The notes: generated from the letters alone by a model not told the origin. A stretch of 64,000 nucleotides of DNA from Pseudomonadota bacterium (GCA_027622715.1 JAQBYN010000015.1:11745-75744); one strand, 5' to 3'. Shown: positions 40,341 to 51,004, numbered from the stretch's first letter. Translations and numbers: made by a program.

Positions 40341-41413
40341 CGACACCGCTGGGCGCGCACCTGCGCCAAATGATCGCGATAAATGGACCGATCACGGTTG
40401 CCCGTTTCATGGCCGAGGCACTCGGCAACCCGGATCACGGTTACTACATGACGCGCGATCCCTTCGGCGCAACCGGCGACTTCATTACAGCGCCCGAAGT
40501 TAGCCAGATGTTCGGCGAGCTGTTCGGCGCCTGGTGCGCGGACCTCTGGCGTCAAATGGGGATGCCCAGTCCGGTCGCCCTAATCGAGGTCGGGCCCGGC
40601 CGCGGTACGCTCATGAGCGATGCGTTGCGCGCGACACGCCAAATTCGCGGTTTCCACGCCGCTCTGAATATCCACCTCGTCGAAACCAGCCCGCTATTGC
40701 GTGCCCGCCAAGCCAGTGCGCTGGCGGCATACGATGTCCGTTGGCACGACGCTGTCGATGATGTCCCAACCGGCCCCGCCATCGTCGTGGCGAACGAACT
40801 ATTCGACGCGTTGCCGATACACCAATTCCAGTTTGCCGACGGACAGTGGCATGAACGTCTAATCGAATTCGCCGAGGATGGCGCCTTTCGCTTCGTGTTG
40901 GACCCGACCGGGGCGAGGTTCCCAGGCCTAAATCGCTTTGCCGATCCGCCGCCAAATGCAATCGCCGAAATCTGTCCCAGCGGCGCGGCGCTGGCGCTGC
41001 AGTTGGCGGGACGGCTCGCCGGACATCCCGGCGCCGCGTTGATCGTGGATTACGGACACGTTCAACCTGGCTTTGGCGATACGGTTCAAGGTGTCCGCGC
41101 CCATCGTGCCCAGGACATCTTCGATGCGCCGGGCACCGTTGATATCTGCGCCCACGTCGACTTTGCCGCCCTGCGTGACGCCGCCCATGATGGCGGTGCC
41201 CGCGTTTGGGGCCCGGTCGCGCAAGGCGCTTTCCTGACACAACTGGGGATCGAAACGCGCGCCGCTGCCCTAACGGCAGCGTCACCGACCGACAGCGCGT
41301 CGATCGCCGCCGACATGCACCGATTGACCGGTCCTAACGAGATGGGCAGGCTGTTCAAGGTGCTCGCTTTGACCAGCGCCGGACTCGAACCGGCCGGATT
41401 CGACGATACATGA
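40337..41413 (+). CDS. SAM-dependent methyltransferase, MidA/NDUFAF7 family
   Basis: GYY, GDFITAPEVSQMFGE, EVGPGRGTL, NELFDALP, DYG, AHVDF, MGRLFK. Confidence 0.93.
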   Translation: MTTPLGAHLRQMIAINGPITVARFMAEALGNPDHGYYMTRDPFGATGDFITAPEVSQMFGELFGAWCADLWRQMGMPSPVALIEVGPGRGTLMSDALRATRQIRGFHAALNIHLVETSPLLRARQASALAAYDVRWHDAVDDVPTGPAIVVANELFDALPIHQFQFADGQWHERLIEFAEDGAFRFVLDPTGARFPGLNRFADPPPNAIAEICPSGAALALQLAGRLAGHPGAALIVDYGHVQPGFGDTVQGVRAHRAQDIFDAPGTVDICAHVDFAALRDAAHDGGARVWGPVAQGAFLTQLGIETRAAALTAASPTDSASIAADMHRLTGPNEMGRLFKVLALTSAGLEPAGFDDT

Positions 41414-42171
41414 TTCAATCTGAATTGCTTTCCTCTGCGCCCGGCGTCGTGCATGGATTTTTCACGCGCCAGGGCGGGGTATCGACCGGCATCTACGCAT
41501 CACTCAATTGCGGCGTGGGCTCAGACGACTCGCGCGACAATGTCGGCGACAACCGAGCTCGGGTGCTCCAACAGATCGGGGTCCCGACTGGCACGCTGAA
41601 TACCGTTCACCAGGTCCACGGAACGACGGTTGCTACAGCGACCGGTGCCTGGCCGACCGAGCCGCCGGTCGCGGACGGCGTTGTCTCCAACACACCCGGT
41701 GTGGTGCTCGGCATTTTGACGGCCGATTGCGCACCCGTTTTGTTCGCGGACTTTGACGCGGGCGTCATTGGCGGCGCCCATTGTGGCTGGCGCGGCGCGC
41801 TGGATGGGGTTGCCGAACAGGTTCTCGAACACATGGTCGCTATGGGCGCGCGGACGAGCCGCATCGCCGCCGCCGTCGGCCCGGCAATTGCGCAAGCGTC
41901 ATACGAAGTAAGCACCGACTTCGAAGTGGCCTTCCTCGCCAAAGATCCGCGCGCGACAGTCTTCTTTGCGCCCGGAAAATCTGGTCACGCGCAATTCGAT
42001 CTGCCGGGTTATGTGGTGGATCGACTAAGGCGGGCCGGGCTGATGTCCGTGGCCTGGACGGGGCATGACACGTATGTGGGCGAGGCCGACTTCTTCAGCT
42101 ATCGCCGTGCCACGCACCGGCACGAGACAGACTACGGACGCCAGGTCTCGGCAATTGCGCTCGCCACCTAA
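41410..42171 (+). CDS. pgeF: Peptidoglycan editing factor PgeF / YfiH-type purine nucleoside phosphorylase
   Basis: HGFFTRQGG, QVHG, LTADCAP, HCGWRG, FFSYRR. Confidence 0.93.
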   Translation: MIQSELLSSAPGVVHGFFTRQGGVSTGIYASLNCGVGSDDSRDNVGDNRARVLQQIGVPTGTLNTVHQVHGTTVATATGAWPTEPPVADGVVSNTPGVVLGILTADCAPVLFADFDAGVIGGAHCGWRGALDGVAEQVLEHMVAMGARTSRIAAAVGPAIAQASYEVSTDFEVAFLAKDPRATVFFAPGKSGHAQFDLPGYVVDRLRRAGLMSVAWTGHDTYVGEADFFSYRRATHRHETDYGRQVSAIALAT

Positions 42172-42202
42172 TTGGGCACGGGTTGCCGTGCCATTGGCGG
42201 CG

Positions 42203-43051
42203 ATGGCGCTGACACTCATCAGCGCTTGCCAACCCTTACCGCGCCCGTTTCAACCCGACAGTAAGCGGCTAAACGCCGCCGATTTCACCCGGCTCGGCAC
42301 GCGAGGTGGGATTATTGTTCGGCTTCCTGTTTTGGCGGATCGAGCAACCGCTGAACGCTTGGCGGGGCTCGTGGCCGCAGCGCTACGCGACGTCGACGTT
42401 CCGGCAATCGCCGGTCCCCTGGAGGAAACCAACCGCTACGTGCTTATCGGCCGTGCCGATATCACCGACAGCGTTGGAACGGACGTCGCGCTCGCCGGAG
42501 TTTGGCGGTTGGTCGACCCACAAGGCCGAGAGATCACGACGTTTCAGTTGGCGCACCAACTCGATGCTGCGGGCTGGCGATCGGGCGATACCGCGACGCT
42601 TGCGCTGCTGGCGGAATCCGTGGCCCAGGAAACGGCGAAACAGATCGCCGGCGTGCCGCCGCCGGCCCCACGCCCCGTGCTGGCACCACAACGGATTGCG
42701 GTTTGGCCCATCGGCGGGCTCTCCGGCGAACAGGCGAGTGGGTTGGCGGCGGCGGTTCAGGGAGCGCTACGCACCCGGGGGCTGATTGTCGTTAGCGTCG
42801 ATGACCCGGCGGCTTTCGTGGTCACCGCCTGGGTCGAGCGAACCGACACCGGCCCCGCTACCGAGCGAATATCTGTCGAGTGGGCGCTCCTTCGCGGCGA
42901 TGGCCAGGAGGTCGGGGTGGTGTCGCAAACCAACCTCATCCCGGCAGGTGAACTCGACCGCACCTGGCCCGACGCGGCGCTCGCCATTGCGGGTGCGGCC
43001 GCGGACGGCCTAGTGGAAATGTTATCTCGGATGCCGAACCCAGAATCTTAA
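42203..43051 (+). CDS. Hypothetical lipoprotein with two repeated alpha/beta domains
   Basis: Lipobox-like ISAC followed by QPLPRPF; fills the gap between pgeF and the carbonic anhydrase. Start uncertain. Confidence 0.7.
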   Translation: MALTLISACQPLPRPFQPDSKRLNAADFTRLGTRGGIIVRLPVLADRATAERLAGLVAAALRDVDVPAIAGPLEETNRYVLIGRADITDSVGTDVALAGVWRLVDPQGREITTFQLAHQLDAAGWRSGDTATLALLAESVAQETAKQIAGVPPPAPRPVLAPQRIAVWPIGGLSGEQASGLAAAVQGALRTRGLIVVSVDDPAAFVVTAWVERTDTGPATERISVEWALLRGDGQEVGVVSQTNLIPAGELDRTWPDAALAIAGAAADGLVEMLSRMPNPES

Positions 43052-43168
43052 TCGAATCGGCTACTCTGGCCTCGCCCTTGTTGGGCGAAAACCCTTATAT
43101 CTGGTCTACAAATATTCGGTCGCCGACGCGAGGCGGCGAGATGACTCGAAACCATCCAGGGACGCGCC

Positions 43169-43807
43169 ATGAACGAATTCGACCGCCTCGTGGACGGCTA
43201 CCACCGGTTCCGCCAAGACCGCTTCACCCGCCAGAATGCGTTATATCGGGACCTCGCCGAAACCGGCCAGTCCCCCCGGGTCATGGTTATTGCCTGCTGC
43301 GATTCGCGCGCCGATCCGGCGATGATATTCGACACCGCGCCGGGCGAGATTTTTGTCGTCCGCAATGTCGCCAACCTCGTTCCCCCCTATGCGCCGAGTG
43401 ACGACTACCATGGCACCAGCGCGGCATTAGAATTTGCCGTCACTGGGCTGGGCGTGGCCCATATTCTTGTGCTCGGCCATGCCCGCTGTGGCGGTATTGC
43501 CGCTAGCCTGTCAGGCGATGGCCGGGGCACCTTTATCGGCCGCTGGATGTCGATCTTGGAGGATACGCGTCGGGGAGTCCGCGATTCTACCGAGGGAGAC
43601 GCCCAGCCGCGCGCGCTGGAACTGGCCGGTGTCGGGAAATCGCTGGAAAACCTGATGACCTTCCCGTTCGTGGCAGAGCTGGTCCGCGAGGAACGCCTTC
43701 AATTGCACGGCGGCTACTTTGATATCGCGACCGGGATTCTCAATTTGCGGGACCCTAGCAGCGGTGAATTCACCTCGGTTCTTGATGGCGCGCCAGCATT
43801 TACATAG
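43169..43807 (+). CDS. Beta-carbonic anhydrase
   Basis: CCDSR, RNVAN, LEFAV, HARCGG. Confidence 0.95.
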   Translation: MNEFDRLVDGYHRFRQDRFTRQNALYRDLAETGQSPRVMVIACCDSRADPAMIFDTAPGEIFVVRNVANLVPPYAPSDDYHGTSAALEFAVTGLGVAHILVLGHARCGGIAASLSGDGRGTFIGRWMSILEDTRRGVRDSTEGDAQPRALELAGVGKSLENLMTFPFVAELVREERLQLHGGYFDIATGILNLRDPSSGEFTSVLDGAPAFT

Positions 43808-43894
43808 GGAGCCCCCCTTGTTACAGTCCGCGCGCTTTTGGCCCCTTTCGGGTTTTTCCATGTCGCCAAGCAGTAGGCCAGCGCCTCGCCAGCA

Positions 43895-44827
43895 ATGAAA
43901 ATCATCGCCGGCAACAGCAATAGGCCACTCGCCGAGGCAGTGGCCGCCTACCTCAACCTTCCGTTGTCCAAGGCCTCTATTCGGCGCTTCGCTGACATGG
44001 AGGTGTTTGTCGAAATCCACGACAATATGCGCGGCGAAGACGTCTTCATCATTCAATCGACGTCCTATCCGGCAAACGACAACCTCATGGAATTGCTGGT
44101 GATTATCGATGCCGTGCGACGCGCGTCGGCGCGCCGGATCACCGCCGTTATCCCCTATTTCGGGTATGCCCGGCAGGACCGAAAGCCCGGGCCGCGAACG
44201 CCAATTTCCGCCAAACTCGTGGCCAACCTGATCACCGAAGCGGGCGCCGATCGGGTCCTCACGTTGGATTTGCATGCCGGCCAAATCCAAGGCTTTTTCG
44301 ATATCCCGACCGACAACCTTTATGCCGCGCCCATCGTTGCCAAAGATATCCAGGATCGCTTCGAAAGCGATAATCTGATGTTCGTATCGCCCGACGTGGG
44401 CGGTGTGATCAGAGCGCGCGCCGTTGCCCGGCGATTGAATGCCGATCTGGCGATTGTGGATAAGCGCCGAGAGCGTGCCGGCGTGTCCGAGGTGATGCAT
44501 ATCATTGGCGACGTCGAGGGCCGCCGCTGCATCCTTATCGACGACATCGTCGATTCGGCAGGAACCCTTTGCAACGCGGCCAACGCGTTGAAAGAACAGG
44601 GTGCTGAATCGGTGATGGCATACGTCACCCACGGCGTTTTGTCGGGCGGCGCGGTAGCCCGTGTGTCGAGCTCGGCGCTGGACACCCTAGTCACGACCGA
44701 CACAATTTTGGCCACCGAAGCGATGCGGGTATCTGACAGCATCCGGCGGCTGACCATTGCCCCCCTGATGGCCGAGGCGATGCGCCGAATCAGCGACGAA
44801 TCCTCAGTTTCAAGCCTGTGGGACTAG
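43895..44827 (+). CDS. prs: Ribose-phosphate pyrophosphokinase
   Basis: [36 protein letters not shown]. Confidence 0.98.
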   Translation: MKIIAGNSNRPLAEAVAAYLNLPLSKASIRRFADMEVFVEIHDNMRGEDVFIIQSTSYPANDNLMELLVIIDAVRRASARRITAVIPYFGYARQDRKPGPRTPISAKLVANLITEAGADRVLTLDLHAGQIQGFFDIPTDNLYAAPIVAKDIQDRFESDNLMFVSPDVGGVIRARAVARRLNADLAIVDKRRERAGVSEVMHIIGDVEGRRCILIDDIVDSAGTLCNAANALKEQGAESVMAYVTHGVLSGGAVARVSSSALDTLVTTDTILATEAMRVSDSIRRLTIAPLMAEAMRRISDESSVSSLWD

Positions 44828-44934
44828 GAATCGGGCCTAAATAGGTATAGAACGGCGCCGCTTCAGCAATGTCAGCACCCTTGGAGGCTGGCGGCGAGCA
44901 GGCCAAAATCGCGTCGAAACATAGGAGAATTGCG

Positions 44935-45594
44935 ATGAGCGACCAGCAGATGATCGCCGCGCAGGTGAGAGAGCGGGCCGGAAAAGGGGCCGCACGTGCT
45001 GCTCGCCGCGCCGGTTTGGTCCCCGCCGTTATCTACGGCGCGAAGAAAGACCCTACGCACGTCACGATCGAACGGCGCCGACTTCAGGTTGAGCTCGCTA
45101 AAGGCGGGTTCACCAGCCGACTGCTTGATATCGCCGTCGGCGACGGTAAAGAACACGTCCTGCCGCGCGAGATTCACTACCATGCGGTCACCGACGTGCC
45201 GCTCCATGTCGATTTCCTGCGGGTTACAGATTCGACCCTGATTAACGTCGAGGTCCCGGTAAATTTCGTGGGCGAGGAAGAATGCCCCGGTCTGAAGCTG
45301 GGCGGCGTTCTGAACATCGTCCGCCATGAAGTCGAGCTGAAATGCCGCGCCGGCGCGATCCCGGAGATTCTGACGGCCAACCTGGCTGGCCTCGAGATTG
45401 GCGATAGCTTGCGGATCAGCGCCATCGAGCTACCAGGCGGGGCCCGCCCGATCATCACCGATCGTGATTTCACCATCGCCACCATCGCCGCGCCGACAGT
45501 TCAGGTCGAGGTCGAGGCGGTCGACGAGGATGAAGAAGTCGAGGGAGCTGAGGGCGAGGCGAAAGAAACAGAAGACGAGGACGGCAAGGCCTAA
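44935..45594 (+). CDS. rplY: 50S ribosomal protein L25/Ctc
   Basis: GKGAARAARR...VPAVIYG, HVDF, GLKLGG, acidic tail. Confidence 0.96.
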   Translation: MSDQQMIAAQVRERAGKGAARAARRAGLVPAVIYGAKKDPTHVTIERRRLQVELAKGGFTSRLLDIAVGDGKEHVLPREIHYHAVTDVPLHVDFLRVTDSTLINVEVPVNFVGEEECPGLKLGGVLNIVRHEVELKCRAGAIPEILTANLAGLEIGDSLRISAIELPGGARPIITDRDFTIATIAAPTVQVEVEAVDEDEEVEGAEGEAKETEDEDGKA

Positions 45595-45621
45595 GGCCCG
45601 GCCGCCCCCGCCGCTCGACAG

Positions 45622-46227
45622 ATGGTCCTGCTGGTTGGGTTGGGAAATCCCGGCCCCGACTACGCCAAGAACCGTCACAACATCGGCTTCATGGCCGTCG
45701 ACAATATTGTGCAGCGCTACGGGTTCAGCCCCTGGCGCGGGCGATTTCACGGCCAAGCGTGCGAAGGCCAGCTATCGGGGCGCCGCGCTTTTGCGCTGAA
45801 ACCCGAGACCTACATGAACGAGTCCGGACGCGCGGTGGTTGCGGCGATGCGCTACTACCGGTTCGAACCCGAAAACATCATCGTGCTCTACGACGAGATC
45901 GATTTAGAGGCCGGCAAAGTGCGCTGCAAACAGGGCGGCGGCAATGCGGGCCACAACGGACTGCGTAGCATAGATTCGCATATCGGACGCAATTACGTGC
46001 GCGTTCGCCTCGGCGTTGGCCATCCGGGCGATCGCGATCGCGTTTCGAACCATGTCCTTGGCAATTTCTCGAAGTCGGACATGACGTGGGTGAACAATGT
46101 CATCGATGCGGTCGGCGGCGCTGTGCCGGCGTTGACGATTGGCGATATCCCCGGGTTTTCCAACCAAGTGGCCCTCCGCCTCGCGCCGGCCCCGGCGAAG
46201 TCGGCGGCGACGCCAACCAAAGAGTAG
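45622..46227 (+). CDS. pth: Peptidyl-tRNA hydrolase
   Basis: GLGNPG, RHNIGF, KPETYMNESG, GHNGLRS. Confidence 0.97.
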   Translation: MVLLVGLGNPGPDYAKNRHNIGFMAVDNIVQRYGFSPWRGRFHGQACEGQLSGRRAFALKPETYMNESGRAVVAAMRYYRFEPENIIVLYDEIDLEAGKVRCKQGGGNAGHNGLRSIDSHIGRNYVRVRLGVGHPGDRDRVSNHVLGNFSKSDMTWVNNVIDAVGGAVPALTIGDIPGFSNQVALRLAPAPAKSAATPTKE

Positions 46228-46233
46228 CGCCGG

Positions 46234-47334
46234 ATGGGTTTCACCTGCGGAATCGTCGGCCTGCCGAATGTGGGTAAATCGACACTCTTCAATGCACTGA
46301 CCAGCACGGCGCAGGCCGAAGCCGCGAACTACCCGTTCTGCACGATCGAACCCAACGTCGGCCGGGTCTCAGTCCCGGACGAACGCTTGGAAAAGATCGC
46401 GGCTCTATCAAAATCGGCGCGGATCATTCCCACTTTTCTCGACTTTGCCGACATCGCCGGCCTGGTGCGCGGCGCCAGCAAAGGCGAAGGGCTAGGCAAT
46501 AAATTTCTCGCCCATATTCGGGAAGTTGACGCGATCATCCATGTCCTGCGCTGTTTCGAAGACGAGAACGTCACCCACGTCGAGGGCCGAATCGATCCCA
46601 TTGCGGATGCCGAGACGGTCGAGACTGAACTTATGATCGCCGACCTCGAAAGCCTGGAGCGCCGCGCCGACGCGGCGGCCAAGAAGGCCAAAGGGGGCGA
46701 CCGCGACGCCAAAGCCCAGTTTGACCTTATGCAACTGGCGCTGGCTCCCTTGCGTGCCGGGCGCGCGGCGCGCACCGCCAATATCCCAGCCGATCAACTA
46801 CGCGATTGGCAGGCACTCCAGTTGCTCACCTCAAAGCCGGTCCTCTACGTGTGTAACGTTGACGAAGAGTCAGCCGCGAGCGGCAATGCCCAGTCCGAAA
46901 AGGTCGCGCAATGGGCAGCCGACCAGGGTGCCGGCTGTGTCGTCATTGCCGCCGCCATTGAGGCCGAAGTGGCGCAGATTGCCGATCCCGACGAACGCCG
47001 TGAATTCCTTGCCGCCATGAGCTTGACCGAGACCGGGCTCGCGCGAATTATTCGCGCCGGCTACCAGCTGTTAGCGCTGATCACATTTCTTACCGCCGGC
47101 CCGAAAGAGTCTCGCGCCTGGACCGTGCGCCGCGGCGCAAAGGCACCCGAAGCGGCAGGCGCAATCCACTCGGACTTCGAACGTGGATTTATTCGCGCCG
47201 AAACCATTGCCTACGACGACTTCATCGCCTGCGGCGGCGAGACGGGGGCAAAAGAGGCGGGCAAGATGCGGTCGGAGGGCCGCGATTACGTGGTCCGCGA
47301 CGGCGATGTCTTGTTGTTTCGCTTCAACGTGTGA
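46234..47334 (+). CDS. ychF: Redox-regulated ATPase YchF
   Basis: GLPNVGKST, ANYPFCTIEPN, DIAGLV, GEGLGN, TGS domain. Confidence 0.97.
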   Translation: MGFTCGIVGLPNVGKSTLFNALTSTAQAEAANYPFCTIEPNVGRVSVPDERLEKIAALSKSARIIPTFLDFADIAGLVRGASKGEGLGNKFLAHIREVDAIIHVLRCFEDENVTHVEGRIDPIADAETVETELMIADLESLERRADAAAKKAKGGDRDAKAQFDLMQLALAPLRAGRAARTANIPADQLRDWQALQLLTSKPVLYVCNVDEESAASGNAQSEKVAQWAADQGAGCVVIAAAIEAEVAQIADPDERREFLAAMSLTETGLARIIRAGYQLLALITFLTAGPKESRAWTVRRGAKAPEAAGAIHSDFERGFIRAETIAYDDFIACGGETGAKEAGKMRSEGRDYVVRDGDVLLFRFNV

Positions 47335-47340
47335 GGGACC

Positions 47341-47799
47341 GTGACCCGCTATCTTGAAGACATCAACGTCGGCGACAAACTTGCGTTCGGACACTACGAA
47401 GTAGGCGAACGCGAGATCATTGAGTTCGCGACTAAATACGATCCCCAACGCATTCACACCGACCCCGCGTTCGCCGTGGAAAGCGATATGGGCGGCCTCA
47501 TTGCCAGCGGCTGGCATACCGCCAGCATGTTCATGAAAATGATGGTCGATGCGATCATGGGCCAAGATAGCGGCATGGTCTCGCCCGGCATCGACGAACT
47601 GCGCTGGCTACGCCCGGTGCGGCCAGGCGACATCTTGCGGGTTGAGGGCGAGGTGACCGCGGCCCGCCCCTCGCAGAGCAAGCCTGACCGCGGTATCGTG
47701 CAAATGCGTTATGCGGTGCTCAACCAAAACGACGAAGTGGTGATGAGCCTGAGGACCAATAATTTCATGCGGCGACGCGACCACGCGATCGCCACTTAG
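47341..47799 (+). CDS. MaoC family dehydratase
   Basis: YLED, FA..YDPQ.IH.D, IASGWHT, LRW..PVRPGD. Confidence 0.9.
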   Translation: MTRYLEDINVGDKLAFGHYEVGEREIIEFATKYDPQRIHTDPAFAVESDMGGLIASGWHTASMFMKMMVDAIMGQDSGMVSPGIDELRWLRPVRPGDILRVEGEVTAARPSQSKPDRGIVQMRYAVLNQNDEVVMSLRTNNFMRRRDHAIAT

Positions 47800-47809
47800 G
47801 GAGGGAACA

Positions 47810-48481
47810 ATGGGCGAGAACATCAAACTAAAGGCCGAGGACGGATTCGAATTGGACGCCTATTTGGCGCTGCCGAGCGGCACACCAAAGGGCGGCGTGA
47901 TCGTTATCCAAGAGATCTTCGGGGTGAATTCGCATATTCGCGACGACGCCGACAAATTCGCGAAGGCCGGCTATGCAGCGCTGGCGCCCGCCATGTTTGA
48001 CCGTGCCCAAAAGGGAGTCGATCTGGGCTACGACGCCGAGGGTATTGAGGCCGGGCGCGGGCTCATGACGAAAATCGACTGGGCCAACGTCGAAAAGGAT
48101 TTGCGGGCCGCCTCGGGCGCGCTCAAGAAATACGGCAAGATCGGCGTGGTCGGCTATTGCTGGGGCGGCTCAGTGGCCTGGGTGTCGACAATCCGCGATT
48201 GCGGGGTCGATTGCGCCTCGGGCTATTACGGCGGCCGGATCATCGACTTCATCGGCGAGACGCCGAAAGTGCCGATCATCCTGCACTTTGGCGACAAGGA
48301 TCACGGCATCCCCATCGAAAACGTCGAGAAAATCAAAGCAGCGCATCCCGATGTGCCGGTCTACCGCTATGCCGAGGCCGATCATGGGTTTCACTGCGAT
48401 CAACGGGCGTCCTACCATGCCGAGAGCGACGCGATTTCGACCAAGCGCACGATGGAATTCTTCGCGAAAAACATCGGCTAA
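47810..48481 (+). CDS. Dienelactone hydrolase (carboxymethylenebutenolidase) family
   Basis: QEIFGVN, GYCWGG, HFG..D, ADHGF. Confidence 0.92.
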   Translation: MGENIKLKAEDGFELDAYLALPSGTPKGGVIVIQEIFGVNSHIRDDADKFAKAGYAALAPAMFDRAQKGVDLGYDAEGIEAGRGLMTKIDWANVEKDLRAASGALKKYGKIGVVGYCWGGSVAWVSTIRDCGVDCASGYYGGRIIDFIGETPKVPIILHFGDKDHGIPIENVEKIKAAHPDVPVYRYAEADHGFHCDQRASYHAESDAISTKRTMEFFAKNIG

Positions 48482-48486
48482 TCGCC

Positions 48487-49809
48487 GTGACGACGGGCGA
48501 CCTCGCTGAGACAATGTGGTCGGCGACCGCCGCGCCCGCGCCCACCACAGATTCGCTCGACACCGATATCACGGTGTCCGTGGCCATCGTGGGGGCCGGG
48601 TATACCGGCCTCTCGACGGCCCTTCATCTGGCCCGGCGCGGCATCGAGGCGGTGGTCCTAGAGGCCCACGACATCGGTTCCGGCGGGTCGGGGCGAAATG
48701 GCGGGCACCTGACGCCAACGTTTCATTTTCGCCCCGAGTTTTCGCTGACCAATCTCAAGAAACGTCTGGGCGACGAAACTGCGGCGCGCTTGATCGACCT
48801 GCAGACCGGCGCGGCGGACCTTATCTTTGGGTTGGTCGACAAATATGGAATCGATTGCGAACTCGAGCGGGTCGGCTGCATTCACGCCGCCCATACACCA
48901 AGCATGATGCCGGCATTGGAGGAAAAGCACGCCGACTACCAGTCGTTGGGTAGGCCGATGCAGCTGCTCGACCGCGACCAGACTGCCACGCTGACCGGGT
49001 CGGACAAGTTTCACGGTGCCTGGGTGTATGAGAACGCCGGGCACCTCCAGCCCCTGAGCTATGCCCGCGGATTGGCGCGCGCGGCCCTCAAGGAGGGCGC
49101 CCGCATCTTTACGGGCTCGCCAGTCAACCGGCTGGAACGCCGCGGGACGAAATGGCGGCTGACAACGCCGCATGGCACCGTCACCGCTGATTTCGTGGTG
49201 CTGGCCACCGGTGCGTATAGCAGCGCGCTGTGGCCACGGCTGAAGCGGACCTATGCCCATTTCAGGCTGGGGTGTGCGGCAACCGCACCGCTGAGCACGG
49301 AAATCCGGCGCGCGGTCCTGCCGCAGAACAACCATCTGGTGGACACCCGGCGCGACACATTCGCGCTGAAGTTTGACGCGGCCGGGCGCCTCGTAACCGC
49401 CTTCAACGTTTCTGGCTTACGTGGCATGAGCCGCCGCAACATGGCGGCCCTCGTCGCGCGCCGTTACAGCTGGGTGTGGCCGCAACTGGCTAGCGCCAAG
49501 TGGGACTTCTTTTGGACGGGCGCCATCGACCTGCGGGCTGATCTGTTTCCGCGGCTGTTCGAGTTGGGCCCCGGATTGGTGACCGCCATCGGCTTTTCTG
49601 GGCGCGGTATCCCGACCGGGACGGCGATGGGAACCGTTCTTGCCGACTATCTCAGCGGCACACAGAAAGAGGCGCTCGCCGCGCCACTCGAGCAACCCAG
49701 CTATGTGCCGCCGCTGATGCGGTTGGTCGCGCGGATGATGATCCCGCGCTTTCGGCGGCAAGATGCGCAAGCCATGCGCGACGACGGATTAGAACCGCCG
49801 CGCTTTTGA
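48487..49809 (+). CDS. FAD-dependent oxidoreductase (DadA/PuuB-like)
   Basis: VGAGYTGLS, GGSGRNGG, HLQPL, GFSGRG. GTG start inferred. Confidence 0.88.
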   Translation: MTTGDLAETMWSATAAPAPTTDSLDTDITVSVAIVGAGYTGLSTALHLARRGIEAVVLEAHDIGSGGSGRNGGHLTPTFHFRPEFSLTNLKKRLGDETAARLIDLQTGAADLIFGLVDKYGIDCELERVGCIHAAHTPSMMPALEEKHADYQSLGRPMQLLDRDQTATLTGSDKFHGAWVYENAGHLQPLSYARGLARAALKEGARIFTGSPVNRLERRGTKWRLTTPHGTVTADFVVLATGAYSSALWPRLKRTYAHFRLGCAATAPLSTEIRRAVLPQNNHLVDTRRDTFALKFDAAGRLVTAFNVSGLRGMSRRNMAALVARRYSWVWPQLASAKWDFFWTGAIDLRADLFPRLFELGPGLVTAIGFSGRGIPTGTAMGTVLADYLSGTQKEALAAPLEQPSYVPPLMRLVARMMIPRFRRQDAQAMRDDGLEPPRF

Positions 49810-49920
49810 CCGGACATTTGACCACTCGGTGGTCGGCAGTTGGCCCGCCTGAGATTCCACACTACGCTTCGTGTTCTAACTCAGACCATCGTGTTTTGAA
49901 AAAACTTGTGGGAGGACGAC

Positions 49921-50985
49921 GTGGGCAGATTTTTTGGATCCATTGCGCTGGTGCTGGCGCTAACTTTCGGCGCAGTTAGCGCTCAGGCGCAGGAAGTTAA
50001 ATGGCGATTGCAGAGCATCATTCCGGTCAACACGTTCTTCTGGACCGAAATGGTGAAGAAATACACCGATCAGGTTCTCCTCCTTTCAGGTGGGCGAATC
50101 GACATCACGCCGTTCGGCGTTGGTGAAATCGTCCCCGCATTCCAGGTGCACCCGGAAGTCGCCAAGGGCACCGTCGATGCTGGCTGGACGTCAGCCGCAT
50201 TTCTCGCGAACGCCGACCCGACCAACGCCATTCTGTCGGACTTTCCCGGCGGCCCGTCGCCTGAAACCTACATGCATTGGTATTACAACGGTGGCGGCAA
50301 AGAGCTGCATCAGCAGTACCGCAAAGAGGTGCTGGGGGTCCACGCGATGTTGCTCGGCATCGGCACCACAGAGTTCTTTGCGGTATCCACCAAGCCGATT
50401 CGCACCAAGGACGACCTGAAAGGGTTGAAGCTGCGCACCACGGGGGCGTGGGCCACGGTCATGAAAGAGTCGTTCGGCGGATCTACCGTCGTCATGCCGT
50501 CGGGCGAAATCTTCAGCGCGCTCGAACGCAAGGTCATCGATGCGGTCGACTGGGCAGGTCCAGGCGGCAATCTCGGTATGGGTTTTCACAAGGTTGCCAA
50601 GTATCTGATCGTCCCCGGGGTCCATCAGCCCTCGTCGCCGGTCGAACTGATTATCAACTTGGACAAGTGGAATGCGTTGTCCGATGCGGACAAACAGCTC
50701 CTCGAGTTGGCGGCCCAGCTGACGACGTTCCAGTCGTATATGGCAACGGGTCAAGCCGACCAAGCTGCGATGCCGGAATATCGCAATAACGGCAACGAGT
50801 TCGTTACGCTTGATCCGGCGCTTCAGGCCGAAATCAAAGCTGAAACGTTGAAATGGCTTCAGGCCCGTGCGACGGAGCAGAGCGAAAAAGGCAACCCGTG
50901 GACGCAGCGCATGCTCGATTCGATTCTGACCTATCAAGCAACCTGGGCCGGCAACGGCTTTACCCGAGCCTGGGACGCTGAGTAG
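49921..50985 (+). CDS. TRAP transporter substrate-binding protein DctP (TakP-like)
   Basis: Signal peptide ending AQA, WRLQS, SGGRI, DLKGLKLR, EIFSALE, PGVHQP. GGGAGG precedes the GTG. Confidence 0.9.
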   Translation: MGRFFGSIALVLALTFGAVSAQAQEVKWRLQSIIPVNTFFWTEMVKKYTDQVLLLSGGRIDITPFGVGEIVPAFQVHPEVAKGTVDAGWTSAAFLANADPTNAILSDFPGGPSPETYMHWYYNGGGKELHQQYRKEVLGVHAMLLGIGTTEFFAVSTKPIRTKDDLKGLKLRTTGAWATVMKESFGGSTVVMPSGEIFSALERKVIDAVDWAGPGGNLGMGFHKVAKYLIVPGVHQPSSPVELIINLDKWNALSDADKQLLELAAQLTTFQSYMATGQADQAAMPEYRNNGNEFVTLDPALQAEIKAETLKWLQARATEQSEKGNPWTQRMLDSILTYQATWAGNGFTRAWDAE

Positions 50986-51004
50986 CAGCCATTCCTGAAA
51001 ACCC

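Noticed and set aside
43511..44632. 373-aa antisense ORF (and similar ones at 14927-15817, 20924-21874, 13879-14661, 61719-62537)
   Set aside because: Shadow frames opposite well-conserved genes, expected in high-GC DNA, with no recognisable motifs.
45500..45594. Low-complexity GAG/GAA-rich tract
   Set aside because: It is the ordinary acidic C-terminal tail of bL25/Ctc.
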